From contig OZ243041.1 in NCBI GenBank assembly GCA_965212055.1, forward strand, positions 32,001 through 96,000: a stretch of DNA of 64,000 nt, written 5' to 3'. The position numbers and the translations under genes were made by a program. The DNA comes from Fidelibacterota bacterium (GTDB lineage: Bacteria; Fidelibacterota; Marinisomatia; Marinisomatales; Marinisomataceae). Of the stretch, positions 10,459 through 23,941 are shown in pieces. The notes below the pieces were generated by a model that searched no databases, had not been told where the DNA came from, and was given only the letters and a program-made list of their open reading frames with translations. Position 1 is the stretch's first letter, and the number at the start of each line of letters is the position of its first letter.

Positions 10459-11943
10459 TTAATGTTTAAAAACCCTTGTTCCGGTAAACACCATTGAAAT
10501 TCCGTGTTTATCACAGGCCCCTATAACCTCTTTGTCTTTTATGGACCCTCCGGGCTGTATGATTGATTTTATTTTATATTTTGCCATTAAGTCAACAGAA
10601 TCTCTAAAAGGAAAAAAAGCATCTGAAGCAAGAACCGCACCACTAGGAATCTTGGTTTTTGTTAGTGCATATTTTACGGCATCAATCCTGCTTGTTTGTC
10701 CTCCAGAGATGCTAACAATTTTTTTGTTGTGCGCCACCACAATAGCGTTTGATTTTGCATGCTTTACCGCTTTCCATGCAAGCGCAAGGGTTGAAAGCTG
10801 GGCTTTTGTTGGAGATTTTTTGGTAACCGTTTTTAGTTTTGAAGCGTCTGTCTTTGAAAGGTCTGTTTCTTGTATAACCCATCCGCCAGCAATTTCTTTT
10901 CCAAAACTTTTTTTGGGTTTGTATTTTTCAAGAGAAAGCACTCGAAGGTTTTTCTTTTTTGAAAAAAGAGACAACGCCCCACTGTCAAAGCTGGGGGCAA
11001 TAATAATTTCAAAAAAAACCTTGTTTAGCTCTTTCGCCGTTGAAAGACCACATCTTTTGTTCATTGCAACAACCCCACCAAAAGCCGAAAGAGGGTCTAC
11101 TTTTAGCGCATTTAAAAAAGCGGTTTTTGGTGTTTTGCCAGAACCAAGACCGCAAGGAGAGCCGTGTTTTACAATTATGCAGGAAGGCTCTTTAAATTCA
11201 TAAAGACACAAAAGGGCTGCCTCCCCATCTAAAAAGTTATTATAGGACATTTCTTTTCCTTGGATTTGTTTTGCTTGTGGGAGACCAAAGGACTTGTGTT
11301 TTTCTTTTAAAACAAAAGCTTTTTGGTGTGGGTTCTCTCCATATCTTAAGTGCAGTGCGGCCTCTTCTAGCTCTGTTGAAATTGCACGATCATAAGAAGC
11401 ACAGTGGTCAAACGCCTTACCAGCAAACTTCAATCGGTCTTTTTCGCTTATTCCACCACCACTAATTGATTTTTGTATACCTTTATAGTCTTTGGGGTCA
11501 ACCACAACAGAAACCCATTTGTTATTTTTTGCGGCAGAACGAATCATTGTTGGTCCACCAATGTCAATGTTTTCAACTTTTTCTTCAAGGGTTGCTTTTG
11601 GGTTTTTTGTAACAGCCTCAAAGGGGTAGAGGTTGCACACCACAAGATCAATCCACCCTATTTTGTTTGTTTTAGCTTCTTTTTTATGAACATCTCTTTG
11701 GCCTAAAATTCCGCCAGCAATTTTTGGGTGCACCGACTTTACTCTTCCGTCAAAAATTTCGGGAAAATTTGTTATTGACGAAATAGAAACAACAGGAACC
11801 CCCGCGCCTTTTAAGGTTTTTGCTGTTCCTCCGGTAGCAATAATTTTTATTTTTTTCTTTTTTAAAAATTTTCCAAAAGAAACAAGCCCTGACTTGTCAG
11901 AGACAGACAAAAGAGCTGTTTTTGGCACTATTTTTTTATTCAT
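10459..11943 (-). CDS. purH: Bifunctional AICAR transformylase / IMP cyclohydrolase
   Basis: ALLSVSDKSG, GRVKSVHP, ENIDIGGPTMIRSAAKN, LRYGENPHQ, ASDAFFPF, IQPGGS; start moved to ATG 11943 (MNKKIVPK), overlapping the purN stop. Confidence 0.97.
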   Translation of the reverse strand: MNKKIVPKTALLSVSDKSGLVSFGKFLKKKKIKIIATGGTAKTLKGAGVPVVSISSITNFPEIFDGRVKSVHPKIAGGILGQRDVHKKEAKTNKIGWIDLVVCNLYPFEAVTKNPKATLEEKVENIDIGGPTMIRSAAKNNKWVSVVVDPKDYKGIQKSISGGGISEKDRLKFAGKAFDHCASYDRAISTELEEAALHLRYGENPHQKAFVLKEKHKSFGLPQAKQIQGKEMSYNNFLDGEAALLCLYEFKEPSCIIVKHGSPCGLGSGKTPKTAFLNALKVDPLSAFGGVVAMNKRCGLSTAKELNKVFFEIIIAPSFDSGALSLFSKKKNLRVLSLEKYKPKKSFGKEIAGGWVIQETDLSKTDASKLKTVTKKSPTKAQLSTLALAWKAVKHAKSNAIVVAHNKKIVSISGGQTSRIDAVKYALTKTKIPSGAVLASDAFFPFRDSVDLMAKYKIKSIIQPGGSIKDKEVIGACDKHGISMVFTGTRVFKH

Positions 11944-12509
11944 TTTTTCCAACCTCTTATCGCTTCTATAAAAGCTTCGCCCTCTAGTTTTTGAACCTTG
12001 TTTTTTAAAGAACCAACAGTGTCCTCCGGCCCCACAACACACCTTTTCTGAACCAAAATTGGCCCCCCATCTACCTTGGCTGTCACAAGGTGAATAGTAC
12101 ACCCGGTTTCTTTGTCTTTCGCATCCAAAACTTGTTGATGAACGCTTTCGTTCATTCCTCCAGCATGTTTTGGCAACAAAGAGGGGTGTACGTTTATAAT
12201 TTTCCCTTCCCAGTCCGAAACAAACCCCCTAGAAAGGATTCTCATAAACCCAATAAGCAAAACCAAATCTACCTCTTTTCCTTTCAACCTATCAGAAATT
12301 TCTTTGTCAAAACCCTCTCTAGCCCTATCCCTGTGGTCAATAAAAAAATGATCAATATTGTATTTTTTTGCTTTTTCTAAAATAAGAGCGTCCTTGTTGT
12401 TGCTAATGACGACCTCAACAGATGCGCCCAGCTTTCCTTTTTGGATTGCGTCCACAATTGGCACAAGATCAGTTCCTTTTGTTGACCCCAAAACACCTAA
12501 ACGAATCAC
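11940..12509 (-). CDS. purN: Phosphoribosylglycinamide formyltransferase
   Basis: LGVLGSTKGTDL, LIGFMRIL, INVHPSLLP, TGCTIHLV, VDGGPI; start moved to GTG 12509, overlapping the purD stop. Confidence 0.95.
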   Translation of the reverse strand: MIRLGVLGSTKGTDLVPIVDAIQKGKLGASVEVVISNNKDALILEKAKKYNIDHFFIDHRDRAREGFDKEISDRLKGKEVDLVLLIGFMRILSRGFVSDWEGKIINVHPSLLPKHAGGMNESVHQQVLDAKDKETGCTIHLVTAKVDGGPILVQKRCVVGPEDTVGSLKNKVQKLEGEAFIEAIRGWKK

Positions 12510-13816
12510 TGCCGCACCTTTTTCATATTTTCTATTCTTTTTTGTATTAAAGCAGCTGTTCCAATGTCTTTTCTGTGAAAAAGATTTCCAACCACCCGAG
12601 AAATCCCCGCCTCTGCTTTTTGTTCCGCCCCAGAGACTTCTTTGTCTACCCCAACACACGCTACGGTTCTTGACCCCGTCGCAATAATCTTGTTTTCATC
12701 TTCTTTTACTGCGGCAAAAAAAAGGCTATCAATGTCCACGTTTTCTATCGAAACAGCGAACCCTTTTTCTGGGCTGTCAGGGTACCCGTTTGGCACAGCA
12801 TATTTGCAAACCGTTGCCTGTGGCTCAAACTTTACGTCGATATTTTTTAGCGAACCATCAAGAATGTGATTGCAGATGTCAAAAAAATCAGTTTTTAATA
12901 GCGAAAGAACATTCATTGCTTCTGGGTCTCCAAGCCTTGCGTTGTATTCAATTACCTTTATTCCGCCCTTTGTTGCCATGAACCCGCCGTACAAAAACCC
13001 CTTAAACCTTGTTCCTGTTGTTCTGTAGAGTTCTTTTGCAACTTTTTCATTTGTTTTTTGTGCGTCGCCAATATCTTTTTTGGAAAGAAAGGGAAGAGAG
13101 TGGTTTGGAAAAGAATATGTTCCCATACCCCCAGTGTTTGGCCCAACGTCCCCCTCAAATGCCCTTTTATGGTCTTGTACTGCTGGCATGTGGGCACAGC
13201 TTTTCCCGTCACAAAAGCTCATCAAAGAAAACTCTTCTCCCACAAGCTTTTCTTCCACCAGAAAAGTTCCCCCCATGTTTATAATTTTTTTGCAATACCC
13301 CAAGGCTTCTTCTGAAGAAAAAAGGTGTTCTCCGGAAACCTTTACACCCTTCCCTCCCATAAGCCCATCATATTTAACAACGTAGCTCCCCCCAAGTTTT
13401 TGCAAAAACCTTTCTACTCCTTCAAGAGACGAAAACTCTTTCCTTTTTGGGTTTTTTTCTGGAGAACACCTGTCCAATATGTTTCTTGCAAAGCTTTTGC
13501 TTGTTTCGATTCTTGCTACATCTTTTTTTGGAGCAACACACGGAAACCCCTCTTCTTCCAGCGCGTCCACGAGACCGTTTTCTAAGGGGTTTTCTGGTCC
13601 TATTATGGCAAAATCTATAGCAAGCTTTTTAGCAACAGCTACTATTGTTTGGTTCTCTGAAAGGGGGGACATAAAATATTTTTCACACAAAACATTAATG
13701 TGTGGATTGATAGAAGGGCTCAAGCAAAAAAGAGAAACGAGCCGACTGCTTTCTTTGATTTTTCTGGCGATGGCAACCTCTCTTGCCCCAGACCCAACCA
13801 AAAGAACCTTGCTCAT
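12506..13816 (-). CDS. purD: Phosphoribosylamine--glycine ligase
   Basis: VLLVGSGARE, IIGPENPL, GGKGV, QDHKRAFEGDVGPNTGGMG, EYNARLGDPE. Confidence 0.97.
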   Translation of the reverse strand: MSKVLLVGSGAREVAIARKIKESSRLVSLFCLSPSINPHINVLCEKYFMSPLSENQTIVAVAKKLAIDFAIIGPENPLENGLVDALEEEGFPCVAPKKDVARIETSKSFARNILDRCSPEKNPKRKEFSSLEGVERFLQKLGGSYVVKYDGLMGGKGVKVSGEHLFSSEEALGYCKKIINMGGTFLVEEKLVGEEFSLMSFCDGKSCAHMPAVQDHKRAFEGDVGPNTGGMGTYSFPNHSLPFLSKKDIGDAQKTNEKVAKELYRTTGTRFKGFLYGGFMATKGGIKVIEYNARLGDPEAMNVLSLLKTDFFDICNHILDGSLKNIDVKFEPQATVCKYAVPNGYPDSPEKGFAVSIENVDIDSLFFAAVKEDENKIIATGSRTVACVGVDKEVSGAEQKAEAGISRVVGNLFHRKDIGTAALIQKRIENMKKVRQ

Positions 13817-15270
13817 GATTTTCTAACGACTTCTGCCCTGCTTTTTTCTAAGTTTTCTAGAAAGCTTTTAGAAATTTCTCCCGCACGATACTTGCCAGAA
13901 AAAACAGAGTCTTCAAAAGAGGTGATCTTGGGATTTCCAATATGCGCTGCCATTTTTAAAGCATCCAGGTCTTGATAGATTAGCTCATCTGCACCAATAG
14001 CTTTTTTTATTGCTTTTTCTGTCTTTCCATGCGCAATTAGCTCAGACGTTGCTGGCATATCAATTCCATAAATATTTTGATACCTAACCGGTGGGGCTGC
14101 AGAAGCAAAATAAACCTTTTTTGCCCCAGCTTTTCGCGCCATTTCAATTATTTTTTTTGAGGTATTTCCCCTTACAATGGAATCATCAACTAGTAAAACA
14201 TTTTTATTTCTAAACTCAATTTCAATCGGCCCGAGCTTGTGTTTTACAGACTTTTTTCTAACGCTTTGGCCAGGCATTATGAACGTTCGCCCAATATATC
14301 TGTTTTTAATAAATCCTTCGCGATACTTAACTCCCAAGTGGTAAGCAACCTGCATTGCAGAGGTTCGGCTTGTGTCTGGGACCGGAATAACAACTTCAAC
14401 ATCAAGATGTGCATATTCTTTTTTTATTTTTTCGCCCAAGAAATCACCCATTCTTAATCGAGCCTTATGAACAGAAATAGAGTCAATTGTTGAGTCGGGT
14501 CTTGAAAAGTAAACAAACTCAAACAGGCACGGAGAAAGCACAGAGTTCTTTACGCACCTCTTTTTAGACACCTTGCCGTCTTCGCCAATTATGACCGTTT
14601 CCCCGGGGGCCACATCTCTCACAAGATCATAGCCTAGGGCACTTAAAGCTGCGCTCTCTGAGGCAACCATGTACGCATTTTTTTGTTTACCAATTACCAG
14701 GGGCCTAATTCCGTTTGGGTCTCTAAAAGCAACAAGACCAACTCCAGCGACCAAAGCAACAACAGCATACCCGCCCTCACATTTTTTAAAAACATTTTTT
14801 AAAGCAGAAAAAACATGGGCCTCTTTTAGTGTTCTAAAGTTTGTTTTATAAAGTTCATATGCAAAAAGGTTAAGCAAGACCTCAGAATCAGACTGCGTAT
14901 TAAATTGACAAAAATGTGTTTTTAATAAAGCTTCTTTAATTTTTTCGCTGTTTGTTAGCGTTCCGTTGTGTGCAAGAGAAATGTTAACAGGGTTGGCAGA
15001 ATAAAAAGGTTGTGCCTCCGCCACATTGTCGCTCCCTGCGGTTGGATAGCGAACATGCCCAACACCAATATTTCCTCCCAGCTTTAAAGCTTCATTTGTT
15101 TTAAAAACCTCAGTTACCACCCCAAGGTTTTTATAAAGAGACATTTTTTCTTTGTCCCAGGTACAAATTCCAGCTGCGTCTTGTCCGCGGTGTTGAACCT
15201 GGATAAGTCCATCATAAATTTCCCCAGCCACATCTTTGTTCTTATGATATATTCCGACTATTCCGCACAT
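13813..15270 (-). CDS. purF: Amidophosphoribosyltransferase
   Basis: N-terminal MCGIVG (Cys nucleophile), QHRGQDAAG, HVRYPTAG, VLLVDDSIVRGNT PRPP loop. Confidence 0.98.
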   Translation of the reverse strand: MCGIVGIYHKNKDVAGEIYDGLIQVQHRGQDAAGICTWDKEKMSLYKNLGVVTEVFKTNEALKLGGNIGVGHVRYPTAGSDNVAEAQPFYSANPVNISLAHNGTLTNSEKIKEALLKTHFCQFNTQSDSEVLLNLFAYELYKTNFRTLKEAHVFSALKNVFKKCEGGYAVVALVAGVGLVAFRDPNGIRPLVIGKQKNAYMVASESAALSALGYDLVRDVAPGETVIIGEDGKVSKKRCVKNSVLSPCLFEFVYFSRPDSTIDSISVHKARLRMGDFLGEKIKKEYAHLDVEVVIPVPDTSRTSAMQVAYHLGVKYREGFIKNRYIGRTFIMPGQSVRKKSVKHKLGPIEIEFRNKNVLLVDDSIVRGNTSKKIIEMARKAGAKKVYFASAAPPVRYQNIYGIDMPATSELIAHGKTEKAIKKAIGADELIYQDLDALKMAAHIGNPKITSFEDSVFSGKYRAGEISKSFLENLEKSRAEVVRKS

Positions 15271-15272
15271 TT

Positions 15273-16622
15273 TTAATACTTTTTTAAAATTTCCTTAATT
15301 TCTCCCAAGTATGTTGATGGGGTTAGGCACAGAAGGGCGCCCCTGTCTTCTTCTGCAATGTTCAAGCTATTCACAATTGCCAAATATTTTTCTTTGTCAA
15401 GCCCTGTTCCTCGAGTAATTTTTTTAATTTTTTCATAAGCACCCGCATCCCCATTTTTTCTTAAAATCGTTTGAAGGGCTTCTGCTAAAACCCCCCAATT
15501 GTTTTCTAGCTCTGCTTCTGCCTGGTTTTTGTTGGGCCTAATTCTTGCCAAGCCGTTGACTATGTTTTTATATGCTAAAAGACTGTGCCCAAAGCTGGTC
15601 CCAACATTTCTAAAAAGAGTGCTTCCGCTCAGGTCTCTTTGAAGCCTTGACCTGCAAAGCCTAGAAGACAAAAACTCTAACCCCGAATTTGCAAGCTCGA
15701 GGTTTCCTTCTGCATTTTCAAAGGCAATTGGATTAATTTTGTGAGGCATGGTGCTAGAGCCCACCTCGCTGGCCCTGTTTTTTTGTATGAAAATATTTCT
15801 TTCGATATACAGCCACATATCAACGCTCATATCTGTTAAAATATTATTTATTCTTATAATGTTTTGTAGCAGCTCCGCCAACGAATCATTTGGTTCAACC
15901 TGCGTTGTAATCGGATTGTTTTTTAATCCAAGGGTTTTAATAAATCTTTCAGAAAAAGAAACCCAAGAACCTTTTGGAAAAGCGGTTTTGTGTGCAGCAA
16001 GCGTGCCCGTTGCACCAGAAAACTTTGCTAACAAATCACGTTTTTTTAACTGCTCAACCTGCCTAGAAAGCCGCACGTGGAAAACAGCCATTTCTTTTCC
16101 AAGAGAGGTTGTGGTGGCGGGCTGTCCATGCGTTAGCGCCATCATCGGAAAGTCTTTATTTTGAGACACCAATTTTTTTAGAGCCCCAGACAGTTCTTTC
16201 AGGCTTTTTAACAGAGAAGACCGGACGGCCCCCTTAATCATTAAAGAATAAGCAGTGTTGTTTATGTCTTCTGAGGTTAGCCCAAAATGTACCCACGGTA
16301 CCAGCGCCCCTGAAACATTTTTTTCTATTTTTTTAGACAAATACTGTACAACGGCGTTAACGTCGTGCTTTGTTCTTGCTTCAATTCTTTTAATTGCATT
16401 GTATTCTTTTTGATCAAAGTTTGAATAAATTTTTTCCAGTTTTTGTTGGTCTTTCCTGTTAAGAGAAATAAGTTTTTTTAGCGCTCGATGTTTTGACAAA
16501 AAAATTAAATATTTAATTTCCACATATAATCGAAACCCCATTAAAGCTTGTTCTGAAAAATATTCATTAAGCTCGCTGACCTGCTTTTTATATCTGCTGT
16601 CTAGTGGAGAAATGTTGCTCAT
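15273..16622 (-). CDS. purB: Adenylosuccinate lyase
   Basis: ISPLDSRY, HFGLTSEDIN, THGQPA, GSSTMPHKINPIAFENAEGN, RLQRDLS. Confidence 0.97.
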   Translation of the reverse strand: MSNISPLDSRYKKQVSELNEYFSEQALMGFRLYVEIKYLIFLSKHRALKKLISLNRKDQQKLEKIYSNFDQKEYNAIKRIEARTKHDVNAVVQYLSKKIEKNVSGALVPWVHFGLTSEDINNTAYSLMIKGAVRSSLLKSLKELSGALKKLVSQNKDFPMMALTHGQPATTTSLGKEMAVFHVRLSRQVEQLKKRDLLAKFSGATGTLAAHKTAFPKGSWVSFSERFIKTLGLKNNPITTQVEPNDSLAELLQNIIRINNILTDMSVDMWLYIERNIFIQKNRASEVGSSTMPHKINPIAFENAEGNLELANSGLEFLSSRLCRSRLQRDLSGSTLFRNVGTSFGHSLLAYKNIVNGLARIRPNKNQAEAELENNWGVLAEALQTILRKNGDAGAYEKIKKITRGTGLDKEKYLAIVNSLNIAEEDRGALLCLTPSTYLGEIKEILKKY

Positions 16623-17014
16623 AGGTTTTCTAGGTTTAAAACCCTGTAAACAGCTAAAGCACAGTTTCCCGGATCAAGAACAGTCAAAACAGGTGTGTTG
16701 CTTGGCATTTGTAAGGTGGAGTGAATGTTTATGCTCATATCAACCTTGTCTTTAAAGGGAGGGCAGGCAAAGGTTGGCTTTTCTGTGTTGGCTGCAACAA
16801 AACCAGACAAAGCATTTGATCTTCCGGCTATAGTAACAAAGGCGACCCTATCGCCCTTTTTATAAGACCGAATAATTTCTAAAACCTTTTCAGGGCTTTT
16901 GTGTGCAGAAGCAACAAATACTTCAAAGCCAACCTCAAGCCCTTCTAGCGAAGATGTAATTTTTTCAGCGTGGCCCCTGTCAGAGTCAGAGCCCATAATT
17001 AAAATAGCTTTCAT
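16619..17014 (-). CDS. purE: AIR carboxylase family protein, class II-type PurE
   Basis: IMGSDSD, ASAHK, TIAGRSNALSG, ACPP, STLQMPS. Confidence 0.93.
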   Translation of the reverse strand: MKAILIMGSDSDRGHAEKITSSLEGLEVGFEVFVASAHKSPEKVLEIIRSYKKGDRVAFVTIAGRSNALSGFVAANTEKPTFACPPFKDKVDMSINIHSTLQMPSNTPVLTVLDPGNCALAVYRVLNLENL

Positions 17015-17985
17015 AGTGTCTCCTTAATGTTTCGTGATATTCTTTTGTTGATGTTTGTTAAATCAGGAAACGAAAACTTTTTTCCTGTTATTAATTCATA
17101 AAGCAATATATATCTTGCCGAAAGCTCAACAACCAATTCGTCCGGGGCTTCAGGCAGGATTTTGTCTTTGTATGGATCGCAGTTTTTTGCAAACCATAGC
17201 CTTAAAAATTCTTTGTCTATATTTTCTGGTTCTTTGCCAGCACGAAGACGCTCTTTGTAGGTTGTTTCAATCCAATACCTGCTTGAGTCTGGGGTATGGA
17301 TTTCATCAACAAGTTTAATTATTCCATCTACCCCTCGTCCAATTTCGTATTTTGTGTCTACCAAAATCAAGCCATTTTCTTTCGCAACCCTTTGCCCATA
17401 GCTAAAAAGCTCCAAACTCATTTTTGCTGCAACATCAAAATCGCTTTCTGACATTAGCCCCAAGTCAATAATTTCTTGTTTAGAAACAGGCCTATCATGA
17501 ACCTTGTCTTTTGTGGTTGGAGTTAACATTGGCTCATTAAGCTTGTCGTTTTTTCTTAAGCCTTCTGGCAAACTGTTTCCACAATATTCTCTTGCGCCGC
17601 CGTTGTAAACTGTCCACAAAGACGTTTCCGTTGTTCCTGTTATGTATCCTCGCACAACAAACTCAATAGGAAAAACATCACACTTTTCTACCAAGGAAAC
17701 GTTTGGGTCCGGAACAGAAATTAAATGATTTGGAAAACGGTCTTTTGTTTTTGTAAACCACCAAGCGCTTACAAGGTTTAACACAGCGCCCTTGTATGGA
17801 ATTGCTGCCAAAACCCTATCAAAAGCACTTTGTCTGTCAGTGGAAACCATTAATACTTTGTTGTCTAAAAAGTATGCATCACGAACCTTGCCAGCTTTTT
17901 TGTTTGGGACGTTAATTGTGGTGTCCTGAATAGTATTACCCAGGTTTTCTTGAATCGCCTGATAATATTTTTTGTCAATATTCAT
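17011..17985 (-). CDS. purC: SAICAR synthetase (long type)
   Basis: GKVRDAY, TDRQSAFD, EFVVRGYITG, LTPTTK, LILVDTKYEIG, DEIHTPDSSRYW, DKEFLRLW. Confidence 0.97.
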   Translation of the reverse strand: MNIDKKYYQAIQENLGNTIQDTTINVPNKKAGKVRDAYFLDNKVLMVSTDRQSAFDRVLAAIPYKGAVLNLVSAWWFTKTKDRFPNHLISVPDPNVSLVEKCDVFPIEFVVRGYITGTTETSLWTVYNGGAREYCGNSLPEGLRKNDKLNEPMLTPTTKDKVHDRPVSKQEIIDLGLMSESDFDVAAKMSLELFSYGQRVAKENGLILVDTKYEIGRGVDGIIKLVDEIHTPDSSRYWIETTYKERLRAGKEPENIDKEFLRLWFAKNCDPYKDKILPEAPDELVVELSARYILLYELITGKKFSFPDLTNINKRISRNIKETL

Positions 17986-19228
17986 GACAGACTTGTGAAA
18001 TAGGGTTGGACAAAATATGACTATTTATAATTAAATCCACGTCTTTTTTTAATTGATTTCTTTTCGAACCAATTTCCCAAACAACGCCTTTTTGAACGCT
18101 TTTAACACCATCAAAACCAAATCTCTTCTGCAAAATTTCCTTAATTTTCCTTCCTTCTATGTTTTCTTTTTCTCGAACTAAAAACCGTTTTGTTTCGTTT
18201 GCCTTGCCAAGCCTAACCACAAACTCTTTGCTGGGGTTAAATAACACGTCTGTTTTATAAATCTCTTCCAGGCTTAGTCTTTTGTTGGTCTCGATTTCAA
18301 AATGAAGGTATTTTTTTATTGTTGTATCTGCGCCGATCTTTTGAGCACATTTTTCTACAGAGCCGGCCTCGTTGTCAGCAATAATCATTGATATAACAAC
18401 CTCTTTTGTTGCTGAAGGTTTTTCAAAAGACGAAAGAACAGTTTTTCTGGCAGCATATTTTAAAGCTTTGTAGCTATACTTTTTTTCTTCCACCACATAT
18501 TTGTTCATCGCCCTAAAGACAGCGTCGCCCTCACCGCCAATTGTTCTTTCTGGGTGTGGCATAATTGCCATGGCGTTGCCGGACAGGTTGCTTAAAGCCG
18601 CAATACTATCAACAGACCCGTTGGGGTTTGTGGGGAAATCCGACGCCAGATTGCCGTTCTTGGTACAGTAGCGGTACGAGGCAAGGTTGTTTTCTTTTAT
18701 GACACCACTCAATTTTTTGCTCACCACAAACCTTCCTTCTGCATGGGCCAAAGGAACGTTAAGAACGCCACCATTTTTTTCTATAAAAGCCGACCTGCTT
18801 TTTTCGTTTGGTTTGATGTGGCACCATGCGTTGAAGTATCCCGTACCAACGATTTGCCCGTTTTGAACGCGCTTGTTTTGTGTTAAACCAACCACGGTTC
18901 CGAAATTTTTGTTTCCAGGAACAATTCCGCTTTCAACCAAAATTTGAGCACCGTTACAAATACCTAAAACAGGCTTTCCCAAAACAACCTCTTTTTTAAT
19001 TTCTTCTATAATGGGGTCTAATGACGCAATAATACCAGACCTTGAACGATCTTCGTATGAAAAGCCACCTAAAATAATATACCCATCACAAGCCCTCAGC
19101 TGAGAAGGGGGGTCATTCCAAAAATGAGGCACCGCCAGCATGTTGTTTCTTTCAAGGGCTGCAACGGTTTCGTTTTCTGTGTTAGACCCAGGAAACTGTA
19201 TAAAAGCAATTTTGGGCTTACTGCTCAT
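17975..19228 (-). CDS. purQ: FGAM synthase glutaminase subunit PurQ with C-terminal extension of two PurS-like domains
   Basis: FPGSN, GGFSYED, LGICNGAQILVE, AHAEGR, NPNGS, MPHPER in aa 1-245; about 170 extra C-terminal aa. Confidence 0.93.
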   Translation of the reverse strand: MSSKPKIAFIQFPGSNTENETVAALERNNMLAVPHFWNDPPSQLRACDGYIILGGFSYEDRSRSGIIASLDPIIEEIKKEVVLGKPVLGICNGAQILVESGIVPGNKNFGTVVGLTQNKRVQNGQIVGTGYFNAWCHIKPNEKSRSAFIEKNGGVLNVPLAHAEGRFVVSKKLSGVIKENNLASYRYCTKNGNLASDFPTNPNGSVDSIAALSNLSGNAMAIMPHPERTIGGEGDAVFRAMNKYVVEEKKYSYKALKYAARKTVLSSFEKPSATKEVVISMIIADNEAGSVEKCAQKIGADTTIKKYLHFEIETNKRLSLEEIYKTDVLFNPSKEFVVRLGKANETKRFLVREKENIEGRKIKEILQKRFGFDGVKSVQKGVVWEIGSKRNQLKKDVDLIINSHILSNPISQVCHEY

Positions 19229-20260
19229 TCAAATAAACCTCTTTTGAGGAGCTCTCTATAATCCTACCAATTTCTACGCACCCATCATTTTCTAGCGCCC
19301 TTATCGCCGCATTTTTTTTATTTTCTTCCACCACCAGGGCGAGCCCTATTCCCATGTTAAACGTTCTATATAGCTCTTTAACATTTAAGTCAAGACTGTT
19401 GGTTAAGAATTCAAAAACTGGAATTTTTTTCCACGCCCCAACATTAACTTCTGCAGCTAAACCGCTTGGCAAGACCCTTGGTATGTTGTCTATAAGACCA
19501 CCACCAGTAATGTGAGCTATTCCTTCTATGCTTTGTCCGTTGTCGATTAAGTCGTTGATAGTTTTGCTATAGTTTTTGTGTGGAGCAAGCAAAGCGCGCT
19601 CAACGGTTATGTCTTGGTTGGGCAGAGCGTCTTTGGCGCTAAGCCCGAGAGTGTCAAAAATTAATTTTCTTGCAAGAGAATATCCGTTGGTGTGTAGTCC
19701 GCTTGACGGCAAACCAAGAATAACAGAGCCGCTTTTTGTTTGAGAACCGTCAACAATATTTTTTTTATCTACAATGCCAGCTGCAACCCCAACAAGGTCA
19801 TATTCGTTGTTGCAATAGGTCCCTGGCATTTCAGCGGTTTCCCCTCCCACCAAGGAAACCCCCAACCGTTTGCATTCACCAGCAACGCTCTTAATAATTT
19901 CAGATATTGTGTTTGGGTTTAGTGCACTGCTTGCGATGTAGTCTAAAAAAGTAATCGGTTTAGCGCCAGTTGCCGCAACATCGTTACAGCACGCATTCAC
20001 CAGATCAACACCAATAAAGCTGAAGTTTTTGCACTGTTGAGCTACAGACATTTTGGTTCCCACCCCGTCGATACTTTGAACGATAATTGGGTCATCATAG
20101 TTTTTTAAAACGTCTTTTAAGCTGTACATTGATCCAAATCCGCCAACAGAAGAAAGAACGTTTTTTGTAAAAGTTGATTGAATAGTTTTTTTTGAAGAAG
20201 CAATTGCTTTGTCTGTTTTTTCAATATCTACACCAGCGTCTTTATATGAAATTTTTTGTT

Positions 20261-20264
<4 letters not shown>
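19218..20264 (-). CDS. purM: Phosphoribosylformylglycinamidine cyclo-ligase (AIR synthetase)
   Basis: SYKDAGVDI, DGVGTK, FLDYIA, GGETAEMPG, SSGLHTNGYSLARK, HITGGG, TFNMGIG; start moved to ATG 20264, overlapping the purL stop. Confidence 0.97.
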
Positions 20265-23907
<3,643 letters not shown>

Positions 23908-23941
23908 TTATGTTGTGCTTTTTTTATACCAAAAGAATACT

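Noticed and set aside
10532..11203. 223-aa antisense ORF, and the many other 60-160-aa shadow ORFs across the window
   Set aside because: Opposite or out of frame to well-conserved genes, with no recognisable motifs; expected from codon bias
11944..12102. N-terminal extension of PurH in the ORF track (547 aa)
   Set aside because: Overlaps purN in another frame; homology starts at MNKKIVPK (ATG 11943), which couples to the purN stop
12510..12659. N-terminal extension of PurN in the ORF track
   Set aside because: Lies inside purD; GTG 12509 gives a normal-length PurN with a GTGA overlap
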